DNA of 62,897 nucleotides, the filler included, from Rhabdomonas costata (taxonomy: Eukaryota): assembly GCA_019059605.1 (NCBI GenBank). It is 47 parts of 47 records of this genome, joined end to end, with 100 filler letters (N's around TTAATTAATTAA, not from the genome) between each part and the next. Parts side by side here need not be neighbours in the genome. Positions count along the whole stretch, not along the records: positions 50,942 to 52,181 come from JAHMHO010022307.1; positions 52,282 to 53,521 come from JAHMHO010022308.1; positions 53,622 to 54,857 come from JAHMHO010022309.1; positions 54,958 to 56,197 come from JAHMHO010022310.1; positions 56,298 to 57,537 come from JAHMHO010022311.1; positions 57,638 to 58,877 come from JAHMHO010022312.1; positions 58,978 to 60,217 come from JAHMHO010022313.1; positions 60,318 to 61,557 come from JAHMHO010022314.1; 39 more parts are not named here. One strand, 5' to 3'. Position numbers and translations under genes: made by a program. Shown one piece after another: positions 51,299 to 62,897 of this stretch (positions within the stretch are counted from its first letter, which is position 1; each line of letters begins with the position of its first letter). The notes beneath the pieces are model-generated. The model ran no database searches. It was not told where the DNA came from and worked only from the letters and a program-made list of their open reading frames with translations.

Positions 51299-52155
51299 GT
51301 CTACAATGAGCCCGACAACGAAGCCCTGGTGAAGAATGTGCGGTGGTACTGGGTGGGGTTCCGGTTTGTGCACCTGTGCGTGTGGTACATCCCGCTGATC
51401 CTGGCCTACGTGGTGTGCGTGCGGTGGCAGGCCTCCTACCGCTTGTGGTGCCGCGCCCTGAAGCGGTGGCTGGAGCTCACCGGGCCGGCGTTTGTGAAGC
51501 TGGGGCAGTGGATTGCCATCCGCAGCGACATCTTCCCCAAGGACTTCTGTGACATCATGTCCGAGCTGCACGACCAGGTTTCCTTCTTTTCCTTTCAAGA
51601 CAGGATGCTTTCTGAGAATCGATGGTTCACGTTGAGAGCATCCCTCCCCAGTTAGACATGCGATTGGCCGCGGCTGATGTGTTCAGCAATATTCACAGTG
51701 TTACGACCAGTGGAATTACGGCGTATTGGTAGAGCCCAAATGCACTTAGTCAGTCAGTCAGTCAGTCAGTCAGTCAGTCAGTCAGTCAGTCAGTCAGTCA
51801 GTCAGTCAGTCAGTCAGTTTGAGTTGCTATAAGTCAATCAGCTGAAATCCCGTCCTGTGAACCAAATCATCCAATCTTGTGATCCGAAGCACCATGACTG
51901 ATCTTGCTTTTATAATGCGACATTCTGCGTTTTCCAAATGTGCTGATGGACGTTGAAATGCATGCCCCGTCCTCTCCCCTCACAAAGGTTACCCCGCATT
52001 CCATGCGGTACACCCGCAAGCTCATCCGCGAGCAGCTGGGGAAGCCCCTGGAGGAGGTCTTCGACGACTTCCAGACCACCCCTGTGGGCTCAGGCTCCAT
52101 CGCTCAGGTCTACTTTGCCAAGCTGAAGGGCACTTCGCAGGAAGTAGCGGTGAAG
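51299..52155 (+). CDS. ABC1/UbiB atypical kinase (ADCK2/Cqd1-like); two exons
   Basis: Exons 51299-51577 and 51988-52155: GPAFVKLGQWIAIRSDIFP..CDIMSELHDQ|VTPHS...PVGSGSIAQVYFAKL..EVAVK. Confidence 0.93.
51748..51818. repeat. (AGTC)n microsatellite in intron
   Basis: Direct reading. Confidence 0.97.
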
Positions 52156-52332
52156 GTCTCACAGTCTCCCCCCCACCCACANNNNNNNNNNNNNNNNNNN
52201 NNNNNNNNNNNNNNNNNNNNNNNNNTTAATTAATTAANNNNNNNNNNNNNNNNNNNNNNNNNNNNNNNNNNNNNNNNNNNNGTGTGGGTTGTCTAACACT
52301 GAGTATCGGCAAAACCACACAGCGTGATGCGT

Positions 52333-52845
52333 AGGGAGTGACGACAGCAAGAATCCCTCAAGGCCTTTAACCCCCACGTGTCACTACGCATCCTTACACC
52401 GTCATAAGACGCTTACAGGATGCTCCGTTATGGCGTAGACACAGCGAACCACTCACATACGGGTAGGTCGAGGCATCCCTACATCAAGGACAAGTGGCCC
52501 CACGAACGCAGTGAGTAGGGGATAGGAGGGGGAGCGCAGCGACACCGACATGTATACAGGAGGGAGGAACGCAGTGACGACCGACAGGATAGAAGGAACG
52601 AACGAGCTGATGCGAGTAATTGACAGAGACCCTTACACCATGGCTTACCTGTGAGCGTACCACCCGTCAGTGGTGGGGAGCGAACATCACCATCACATCT
52701 AGGAGGAACGACCTGAGCGTAGCGAAGGGAGTGACGACAGCAAGAACCCCTCAAGGCCTTTAACCACCACGTGTCACTACGCATCCTAACAGCGTCATAA
52801 GACGCTTACAGGATGCTCCTTCCTGGCGAAGCCACAGGGAACCAC
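52333..52845. repeat. Two ~120-bp direct repeats (52333-52452, 52726-52845) rich in hairpins
   Basis: Both read AGGGAGTGACGACAGCAAGAA.CCCTCAAGGCCTTTAACC.CCACGTGTCACTACGCATCCT.ACA.CGTCATAAGACGCTTACAGGATGCTCC. Confidence 0.9.
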
Positions 52846-53846
52846 CAAGAGAGACTACGTTTTGGGTTCAGAGGTCAAGGCATCACGAAAGCATGGTCGT
52901 AAGGGCATGCCGTAGTAGAGGATGAAGGCACCTGCGGTATAAACACCCGTAGGATAGACAAAGCTGGTTGGATGTTCTCACCTTACTCCTTGACTCACGA
53001 ACCCCACGATACCCTCTCACTACACCCCTCGAAACAAGCACAGCCTCCAACTCCAACACGTAACCCGACACGTAACCCTGACACCCTCCCTACGTCCTCA
53101 GAAACACAGCCCTCACCCTCCACACACAACAGCGTTACAGAAGCAGTACCGACACCAGCATCACCAAGTACACCATTAGCGCTAGAAACCATCACGTCAC
53201 CAACCCTCACATCCCCAGCCTCAGAAATCCACGCAGCACCTTCCAACATCCCTCGACCCACTGAAGCAAGCACACCATCAAGCACAACATCAACGCTAAC
53301 ATCAACGCTACCCTTCACATCCATCATACCAGCCAAGACACCAACCACATCCTACGCACTAGAAACAGAGAGTATTGTTGAAGGAATCGGAACACACACA
53401 GAAGGAACAGACATAGCAGCGTAAACCCAGCACTCCACCACAGCATCAACGTCACCACCAACACCCTCAGCGCCTCGAACCACCACACCCACAACACCAC
53501 TACCCACCAACTGCAACACACNNNNNNNNNNNNNNNNNNNNNNNNNNNNNNNNNNNNNNNNNNNNTTAATTAATTAANNNNNNNNNNNNNNNNNNNNNNN
53601 NNNNNNNNNNNNNNNNNNNNNTTTTGTGGGTGGATTCAAACCCGAATTTCTTGGACATGCTAAGAAGATTTGAGAAAAGATCCATTTATAATGCGACTGT
53701 CTGGAAGGCTTTGTGCTTTGTGCTCAACAAAGTGAGGAAACCTTTGAAAAAAAGGCGTGGGAACCAGGGCTTGTCCCTGAGATGCGGTCTTGAAGTGGAC
53801 ACAACTGAGGCGGGCTGTAGGTCCCAGAAAGGGAGGGAGAGCGCAC

Positions 53847-54021
53847 CGTCCTGCAGGCGAGTGGACGCCCCAGAGGAGGCGTAGCCGCGGGAAAGCAGCG
53901 CGGTGGCGAAGTGCACCATGGCCAGCACGAGGTGAAGGGAGGCCCGCGCGGCCTGCGCGCTGCGGCTGCCAAACACGCACTGCTGCAGCACCACCCCCTC
54001 GGAGAGGGCCTCGATGCACTC
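53847..54021 (-). CDS. Internal exon, TPR-like helical protein
   Basis: CAG/GT-bounded: ECIEALSEGVVLQQCVFGSRSAQAARASLHLVLAMVHFATALL. Confidence 0.55.
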
Positions 54022-55571
54022 CTGAGGCCCGCACCCGCACCGCCATACCACACCCCAGCGCACCATGGCACACCACACCAATACATAAACAAGAAGATGC
54101 CCTTTCTCCTTACCGGCACTTTGCACCTCGTGAGACATGGGATTTACTACGGAGAGAGGGGAGGGCTTCTAAAACTATTGAGTGGCACACGAACACTCGC
54201 ACATTCACTTCCTAACATCAGCAACGCCTTCACTCGCGGCAGCGACAACCAGAGCACACAGGCCAGTGCCCCGACAGGCGCTGCAGATTGCAATCCATTA
54301 AGAATCCAATACAAATACACACATCAACACCCACACGCAGCTCGCATAAGTCGTCCCGAAGTTTTATGGGGAAGGAGCCAATTCCTTTTCCCCATCCCCC
54401 AATGCACACCTTACCACTCCCACGGCCGGGGGTGTTTTTTTTTGCAATTTGTTGCCGTTTAAATTTAGGAGGCGGAAAGCTGCGAAAAACGAACAGTGCT
54501 GGTGCCGCTGCGAGAGAGCCTTTTGTGACTGGTATTCTCCACGGTGCGTTGTATCATGACACTTTGCCAAAAAAAAAAAAGCCTGCCCTGCACCCCTCTT
54601 CCAACTGGTAAGGTGTATGAGAGAAAACAAACCCCATTGCCTGCAGTGGTTTGTACGTGAAAGGTATGCGGGTGGGTGCGGTCAAAATATTGCTGAGCGT
54701 TTTTAACGTGAGGTTTTCTTCCGCATAAACTTACACCCACCAGCTGGTCCCAACATAGGTCACTCTGGGTCTATCGTTACCAACGTTGCCAGCCAGAGGT
54801 ATTGTGTGGCTTGGCAGGGTGAACAATAAAAAATTTCACTGAGCGAAACAAAAACACNNNNNNNNNNNNNNNNNNNNNNNNNNNNNNNNNNNNNNNNNNN
54901 NTTAATTAATTAANNNNNNNNNNNNNNNNNNNNNNNNNNNNNNNNNNNNNNNNNNNNGGTTTGGTGGTAAAAAAATAAAATTCTTAAAATATTAAGAAAA
55001 AAATAAAAAATAAGTGGTAAAAATGATAAAAATGATGAAAATATGCACCAAGGACGTCCTCACCTGCACCCATGATGCAAACTGTATGAGGGACCCCTTA
55101 GTGGTGAAGAGAGAGAAAGATGCAGGTGATACGGGTAAAGATGCACCTACTGTGAGAATTTGATAGACTCCCGATTTTATGCCAAGTGAAAAGAGAGTGA
55201 AAGATGCGGGTAAGACGTCCTCTGGTAGAATGAGAGAAAGATGCAAGGGGGGCTGGAGGGCCCCCCTTGCATAAGCATATAACGTTATAACCGTTGACCG
55301 TGAACTGTGAACCGCCAGCTTTGGGGCAAACACAAGTTCAGAAGAACAGCCCTTGCATGGCGACAACGTGGACCAAACTGCAACCGAGGCAGGGCAGAAG
55401 TGCAGAAGCTTTCGAATCATCCCTGTACACGCGGCTTGGGACAAGGGGCTGTTCCAGTTTTCTGGGCCAGTAAGGGGCAACGTGGCCATTTTTCAGATCC
55501 GATTTTCGGGAGGTCTCCAGGTCTCCGATATTCGCACGGTCATCCACCCACCTCCCTACCCACGCACAAAC

Positions 55572-56165
55572 CGAGCTCAGGAAGGCGTAGCGCGTCAGCA
55601 CATCGTCCAGCACCACCCCAGGTTTCTCCGCGCACTGCGCGCGGCAGAACCGCTCGAGGACACCCTCGGGCACGGTCCCCCCATGACAGCCCAGCACCCT
55701 CCGCCACCGCGCCACAGACCCCACCCCAAAACCCGTCCCAGGCACCACCCCCAGCGTCTCACTGTCCAGCTCGCAACCATTACCGCCACCATTCCCTTCC
55801 CCAGGGACTGGCGGAGCGGCTGTGAGGGTCTGGGAAACCCAGTGAGAAGCGAAGCGTGAGTAGAGAGAGAGAGTGTGTGTGTGTGTTTGAGCGGGCACAG
55901 GGAGAACCAGCCTCCTAAAGACACTGGCTGTCGTTGTTCTGCTTCTTCTGTTGCCTTTTTGCCGGTCTTCTCCCCAAAATCATACTTTCCGTCACCTTCA
56001 CCGCATATATATCTGTCCCATGCAATGCTACAAAAAAGACCTCCGAGGTGAGCCTCTGCAGCGCAAGCTTCGCGGCGGCTCTCTGGTGCCTTCGCCCCTG
56101 GCAGTGCTGCCGCAGGGTGTGCGCCGTGCCGCAGTGCATGTCACAGAGCGAGCACCACTCCCCAC
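55572..56165 (-). CDS. U1/matrin-type C2H2 zinc-finger protein; two exons
   Basis: WCSLCDMHCGTAHTLRQHCQGRRH in exon ending at 56041; next phase-0 exon 55829-55572. Confidence 0.8.
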
Positions 56166-56637
56166 CCCCACCAAACACACAACACACACCAACCACCNNN
56201 NNNNNNNNNNNNNNNNNNNNNNNNNNNNNNNNNNNNNNNNNTTAATTAATTAANNNNNNNNNNNNNNNNNNNNNNNNNNNNNNNNNNNNNNNNNNNNTTG
56301 TTTGGTGCAGTGATGAGGACCTTTTGGGCGAGCCAGGCAGCTGGTACCCAGAACGTTACCAAGCGAAGGAGGGCCGAGAAAGGGTGTGCATACCGATCAC
56401 CGATTGGGGGGCTGGGGGTGGACCTTTTTTTTTCATTTTGTAACCATGCCCGAATCAGTAAATTTGCATGTCTGCTTGCTGATGATCCGAGTTGCCGCAA
56501 ATCCGATGCCTCCAGCCGGCTCTTCCTTTTTGCATCTGTATTTCGGAACAATTTTCTCCTGAACCTGGAGATTTGGCGTGCGCATTCATTTCTTTCAATA
56601 AAGGGGTGTGACTTCGTGTCGACGGATATTTCTGCAG

Positions 56638-57113
56638 GACTCGACTCTGACTCCTCCCCCCGAGAGGCGCACGTCCCATTACGCAGTGTTTTGGGGTGAT
56701 CGGCTGTGGACTTTTGGAGGCGTCACCACGGTGGGTGCAAGCCCCCCCTCCCCCGCACTGCCGCAGGCAAACTCTCTGTTCCCTGTTGTTCACTCCTGTG
56801 TGTAAGCGTTACACATTTGATCTCCAAATTGGTTTTCATGTGAATCACCTTGTACAGAACCCAGACCGCCGATTTTATACATGTCTGCCTCTCCAAATGC
56901 TGGGTGGGTGCAAAATGCAGCTTTTGTGGAAGTTGCGTTTTTTTTAATCTTAGAATTCAGTCTCCTTTTTGAGGCGATTCTTTTTGAAAGGAATATCACA
57001 GTATGGATGTGTCTGGCCACAGTCAGCGATACTTTTTTGTTTGATGACCGCAGGACTACTGTGACTTCACCGTGCACAACTATGATCCGGTCACGGGATT
57101 GTGGAAACAATTG
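56638..57113 (+). CDS. Kelch-repeat protein; two exons
   Basis: Exons 56638-56730 and 57054-57113: PPERRTSHYAVFWGDRLWTFGGVTT|DYCDFTVHNYDPVTGLWKQL. Confidence 0.85.
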
Positions 57114-57710
57114 GTGTGCGTTTTGCAGGACTGATGACCCTCTGTGGATATTTGCGTGTGCCTGTGTACCTAGCGCACGCAGTGTGTGTTTTGAGAACCA
57201 CCGCGTGAAAGAAGCGGATGGTCATACCTCAAAGCAGGGATCATGGAAGGAGGATGGAAGGAGGGATGGTCGATCAGAAGCTTCTCTGAAGGGAATCTCC
57301 CAGCGAATTAATGCCCTGTGCATCTTTCCTCCCGCTGATTTCCTCATTCGCCATTGGTTTCCACACATGACATCGTCCGCGTGACTTTCGCCTTGCCGCC
57401 ATCCTCATACTGACCGCTCGCACAGAACCCAGATGGAAAGGCGCCTCAGCCACGCAGTGGGTTCTCCGCGGTGCAGTACAACAACTCCGTTTTCCTATTC
57501 GGAGGTAGCATGCACACCCCCCCAAACACACCCACACNNNNNNNNNNNNNNNNNNNNNNNNNNNNNNNNNNNNNNNNNNNNTTAATTAATTAANNNNNNN
57601 NNNNNNNNNNNNNNNNNNNNNNNNNNNNNNNNNNNNNGGGGTGGGTTGCCTAGCTCTAAGCTCCCGATGTTCGGTGGCGTTTCATGCTGTTCGGCTTTTC
57701 CGCTCTTCAG

Positions 57711-58025
57711 GTGATGATGCCTCGGGTCGACGGGCTGGAGGCCACTCGCCGGATCCGTGCCCTGCCGCGGTACTCCGCCGTGCCCATCATTGGGGTCACG
57801 GGGGACTGCGGGCCGACGGCGCTGCAGCAGTGCGTGGTAGCCGGGATGACGGCGGCGATGGGGAAGCCGATTGACACGGCCACGCTGCGGCGCCTTGTGC
57901 AGACCCACCTTGAGGAAGCCGAAGCCCTTCGCCCTGACAGCCGCAGCTCGCTTTCGTGCGAAGACAATGGCGGGGCGAGCGCCGAACGTGGACTTGGGTC
58001 CACTTTCTCGCTGTTCAGCGATTAA
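57711..58025 (+). CDS. C-terminal receiver (REC) domain of hybrid-kinase type, terminal exon
   Basis: CAG|VMMPRVDGLEATRRIR...VPIIGVTG...AGM...GKPID..LRRLV, ends at TAA. Confidence 0.9.
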   Translation: MMMPRVDGLEATRRIRALPRYSAVPIIGVTGDCGPTALQQCVVAGMTAAMGKPIDTATLRRLVQTHLEEAEALRPDSRSSLSCEDNGGASAERGLGSTFSLFSD

Positions 58026-59798
58026 GTCTAATCCTCTGTATGAAATGTTGATCCCTTCCCCTCGCCCCATTGCTCGACAGAATACTGGCCGATGTAGTAA
58101 AACACGGCTTGCATTTCTGCGCCACACCTGTTCTCGATGGTGTTCTTTTTGTCTGGGCGGTATAATTTGGTACAGTCTTCTTCCCCTCTTTCCACCCCCA
58201 ATACCCTTCCAGTCCTACCCCCTGTTTTTCATCATTTGGTCTTCTGACGGGAGAGAAGGAGAGCGTTTCTTGCGCAAGAGGCAAGAGCATGAGCAGCGAT
58301 GGGCCCTCTCTCCTGCTCGCCACCGCCCATCCCATATTTTGGACTTGACTGAACCTTTTTTTTTTGCTTGAGAGAGAGGTCGAATTGCGCTTGTGGGGGA
58401 ATACTTGGGTATATTTCCGACTAATTTCTACTCATTTTCCGGAGCATGTTTTATGAACTGGTCTGAGCTGTTGCCACGGTGGAATCCCTCCCCCCTTCCA
58501 TTTAGGGTTGCTGCCTGCTTCTCTGTTCATGCAATGCGTGTATGCGTGTGTGTTCCAATTTTCTGGTTTCTGCCTGGTTTATCCATTGCCCCTAACCCCT
58601 CTTCTTTGCCACCTCTCTCCATCTGACCAGCGGTCGAGCGAGGGGGCAAGCGCTTTCTTTCGATAACCTCTGCTACAACAGAGGAATAACCGATCTGAGA
58701 GGGCATCTGGCAACATAAAACAGCTGCAGGGCCCTGCTGTGCCACAAGAGCACTGCTGCTTCGTGTTTCCCTTTTCCCTTTTCCTCGGTTTTCTTGGGTG
58801 TACTTGGTTCATACTGCTTGGTTTCTTGCTTTTTCTCGCAGGTCATATACTGGGGTGATCGAGCATGAACCATGTATNNNNNNNNNNNNNNNNNNNNNNN
58901 NNNNNNNNNNNNNNNNNNNNNTTAATTAATTAANNNNNNNNNNNNNNNNNNNNNNNNNNNNNNNNNNNNNNNNNNNNTGTTTTTGGTGTGCTGTGAGGTA
59001 CGTCCGACGTTATGTGGGTTCAAGCTGAAACGTGGCCCACCCTCCCCTCTTTGGTGATTCACGTTCATGAACCCTAATGTCAGCGGAGGGAAGATATGTA
59101 TGCAGCAATAATTAGCTAGGCTGGGTGTGGGTATAACTCGGATTGGGGTGGGTCGTTCTTACAACGCGGTACAAGCCGTCCCGTCACTGAGGAGTTCTCT
59201 TTCAGCCACTCGGTCACTGCTTCGTCCAACGCAGCAACAGCGTCAGCAAAAACAGTTTTCGCCCAAGGAAATTTTAAAAACACACTGTGGCGTCTCAGGT
59301 TTATTGTTAACGAGGGGGTTTCAGTATCACGCCTGTCGAATTGTTGTTGTTTGAGCGCGTTCTGCTCTGGTCGTGACCCTCTGGGTTAACATAGTTGAAG
59401 TCTTGCAACTACTCTGATAGCCACTCCGATAGTCCTAAAGGCCAGCAACGTGGAGCCAGCCTCCAGCCCAAGATCACCCCCCTCCGCTATAGTCCACCGT
59501 TGAGACATAAGCCGATACAGGGGTGCTGGTGGAGGGGGCTTGTCGAGGAACTGAAGCGCGAGCAGTGCCCACTCCCTGGGGAACGTGCGCCGCATTCTAA
59601 ACCGCCCTCTAATGCTGGAATCAGAGTTGTGCCTCTGAATGTCGTCACTTTCACAAGGTGGGTTTTAGACAGGTAGTGCCAATACCATGTGAATGACTTC
59701 ATTTTGCTAGTTGTAATGGTTCCTCGCGTGGGTTCATTGCCGGTATGGTTCTTACGGGGGGACACTGTTTGGGGATTCCCATCTAAGAATGATGCTGT

Positions 59799-60076
59799 CC
59801 AAGGACAACGACTTGGCTCTGAGGAAACGAGCTGGATAGATTTGCGCCGCCGGAATTTAGCGGGCTGCTGAGGGGGTTGTAACCGGTATTCTTCGTGAGC
59901 GACGAGGCAATGCTGTTTGCCCAATCCATGGAATTGCCTTGTCGTCCCCTTGTCGGGTGGGGCGCCAAGCACAAACATGATTTCCCTGAAGCAATCACGT
60001 GCGCCAAGGACAAAGAGTTGGCTTTGAGGAAACGAGCCTGACAGAGTTGCGCCGCCGGAATGCAGCCGGCTGCTGA
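59799..60076. repeat. Degenerate ~75-bp direct repeat, 205-bp offset
   Basis: CCAAGGACAA.GA.TTGGCT.TGAGGAAACGAGC...TTGCGCCGCCGGAAT..AGC.GGCTGCTGA at 59799 and 60004. Confidence 0.8.
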
Positions 60077-62897
60077 AGTTGCCTGCCTTTTGAAGGGGCT
60101 GTGATATTTTCAAGGGGGCGGGGCGTTAAACGTTTCGAGTCGAAATTTGTCGAACTTAGTCGAAATTTGTTAAACTTTAAATAATCTGCATCGGTAAAAC
60201 AGTAAACCCACCCAACANNNNNNNNNNNNNNNNNNNNNNNNNNNNNNNNNNNNNNNNNNNNTTAATTAATTAANNNNNNNNNNNNNNNNNNNNNNNNNNN
60301 NNNNNNNNNNNNNNNNNTTTGTGGTGGGTGACCCTTGCACGAGGACACATCGCCCTACATGTGCACAGGAGAAAGATACGGGAGTGATTCTCTCTCTGCG
60401 AGAGAAAGCTTCTGTGCCATCCCATCAGTGTGAAAGAGGGCAGGCAAGCAGATAGGATTCAATGCATACATTTGTGCGCAAGTGTGTGTGTGTGTGTGCG
60501 CGTGTGCGTGCATGCGGTCTCTCTGAATGTTGTCAAGGAAATAGGACAACACGCAAGGTTAGGTTGGGAGAGTGCAAAACTGTTTGGCATCCTCAGAAAG
60601 GGCACAACGCATTCTTACGTATGGATGGCAAATTGGATGGAATGAAAAAAGGAAAGTTAAATTTCTGCAGCCGTGCTGGTCCACCGAGAGACGGTAAGAT
60701 TTCCGAATTAGAGTTTGCGTGACAAGAATAAACAACAGCAAGGACACTATTTCGGATCAAAAGCACAGCTAAAATATTTCAAATTCACAGACAGATTTTT
60801 AATTTATGAACAAATGCAAGGAAGGGCCCACGGTGCATCGCGCATTCTCTACTCCTTCCCCTGGACACACCCGGGGCTCCAACTGGGGCAAGTGACAGTC
60901 CTGGGGAGTGTGGGCCATATCCTCCCAGGCACACTCGGCCCACAGCAGTGGGGCAAAAACCAAACGACCCAAACGACCCAAACAGTACAAGCACCCAAAC
61001 CCAAAACACACAGAGAGGCTGCAAGAAAAGAAACGCAAAGGATGCACAATAAAGAGGAGGCACAATAAACTACATCGCGTGATCTTCATTCTTATTGTCA
61101 CCTCTATTTCATAGGCCAGGTTAGTTTTTGCTGAGCGCGAAGAGAGGTGTGAAGGGGTGTAAGCGCGCCTTTCTTCCTGGGCCCACGCAATATGCAAGCA
61201 GATGACATCCTGAGGCATCTTGGGAAGGTGCACCACTCCGATTAGGACAAAAAGCTTGAACCAGCACGGACGAGAAACCACCAAGAAGCGTCGGGTTTCC
61301 ATGTTCTCAGGATTTATGCAAATATCACATTTTTAACATTTGAGCGAACACCTTGCCATGAGCAAATCGTCCACACCAGCCTTTTGCCCAAGGCAACGAA
61401 GCATTTTTTCTGACGAACCCTTCAACACATGGGTCAACAAAGGGGGCACAAAAGCACACAAAGAAGCAACAAAAGAACAGAGAAGCAGCCTCCGCCTCCG
61501 CAGAGTGTCTGCCACAAAGGGAGACAGCCCTCTGCGTAGAGGACCTCACAGCGGCAGNNNNNNNNNNNNNNNNNNNNNNNNNNNNNNNNNNNNNNNNNNN
61601 NTTAATTAATTAANNNNNNNNNNNNNNNNNNNNNNNNNNNNNNNNNNNNNNNNNNNNTGTTTTGGTTTAATCTTCGCCAGCGAGGCCACCTCTGTAGTGA
61701 TCAACCCCCTCCAATTTTGTACAGCCGTGCTCGTTTTTAGAGAGGTTTAGAGAGGTGTGTCGTGTCATTCGGGTCAGGGTCCATGCTTCTTTCTCTTACT
61801 CAATACTTGTTCTCCTTTCTCTCGCTCCCCCCACACTCACCCAGGGGCCCACCGCATGAGTGGGCTGAAGCAAAGAGTTTTTCTGGGCGTTTCGTTTGGG
61901 GTATATTCCATATCTGCACGCTTGGTTGGCTGAGAAAGGTTCATCGGTCGCGAATTGGCCTGTAAGTACGACTGTCTGCTATATCCTTGTCCCCTTGCTG
62001 CGTACGCGTTGCCTCTGCTGAATTCTTGAATTCTGTCGCTTTCCTTTTAGCTTAACACATGAAACAGTTTCGCGGTATTTTGTGGTTTTCCTTTTCGCGT
62101 TGGAGTGAGTTTCTGCCCTGCATGAGACGGTTTGGCGTCCGTGTTTTTGTGAGAGGGAGATGCCGGGGGACGATGTCTTGTCTTCGCTTTCCTCTGATGG
62201 AAGGTGTCGCGATGCATTTCCCTTCACCATATTATTGCCGCTACGATGGTAACTTTCACTTTGTGCCGTAAGGGCCGGTTTTCATCGCCTTCCTGTCTTT
62301 GTAGCCTTCCCGGCTTTGTATGTGTTTTTCGTGCCTTTTCTTTGCTTTGCAGCTCTGCCACCCTTGCCGTCTCCCGATTTTTCTAGTGCACTTGCAGTTC
62401 TCCTCCCGCGCTTGGCTCCCCGACCCAGTTGTTCCTTCCGGAAGGCAAGGAAGAGACTTGGAAACATGCAGTTCTGAACTGGCTTCTTCTCTTCTTCTTG
62501 GTTTTCCCCTCGCTGACCCCATCCCCCTACTTCTGCAAGGTTCGATAGATAATTGCTCTGTTGCTGGTATGCTGTATTGCGCTGCGCTGTGAATGTGTAC
62601 GGGTTCTTGCGAGTTCACCTCCTTGATCTCGTCACCCAACGCCGCTGTCCATCTGTCCACTCGCTCCATTATCAGAAATCAGAGCACCGGGGCTCGCTGG
62701 CTGCATCTTTGACTGGTTGCGCCCCACAAGCGAAGCTATCGTGTCACTCACTCACCTACCTCCTCACCACCTCTCCCCACGTTTTTTCTCTCCGTGTGGG
62801 CTTTTTGCTGGTATCGTGTCCCATTTGTGAGCTGCAGGCTTGCTGCACCACCACTGCCAGTCTGGCTGGCTGGCTTGGGCAGCGTACACACCACACA

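Overview
This window is not a contiguous locus. It is a concatenation of 47 unrelated contigs of about 1,240 bp each, joined by an artificial 100-nt linker (N44-TTAATTAATTAA-N44). Contig ends carry G/T-rich (5') and C/A-rich (3') whole-genome-amplification primer remnants, and one carries an Illumina adapter. The DNA is eukaryotic nuclear genome: short GC3-rich exons, spliceosomal introns with weak GTRYG-like donors, microsatellites and many decayed retroelements. The donor style and the type of adenylosuccinate lyase suggest a euglenozoan, probably a euglenid (inference). Recognisable spliced gene fragments: VPS41, WD40, a NAK-family kinase, a histidine kinase, a receiver domain, a FUT8/GT23 fucosyltransferase, adenylosuccinate lyase, EGF-, Ig-, IPT-, kelch- and LRR-repeat proteins, NDUFA12, a RING-CH ligase, a NEK kinase and an ABC1/ADCK kinase. 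Mobile DNA: Ty3/Gypsy protease, a Penelope-like element, a CRE/SLACS-like non-LTR element, a DIRS/VIPER/TATE-like RT, and two small interspersed repeat families seen in several contigs. Best leads: an intron-containing archaeal-type radical-SAM gene, a one-module-per-exon 4-Cys repeat protein, a SINE-like family, probable GC-AG introns and a duplicated hairpin-rich element. Because neighbouring contigs are unrelated, no multi-gene system can be demonstrated from gene context here.
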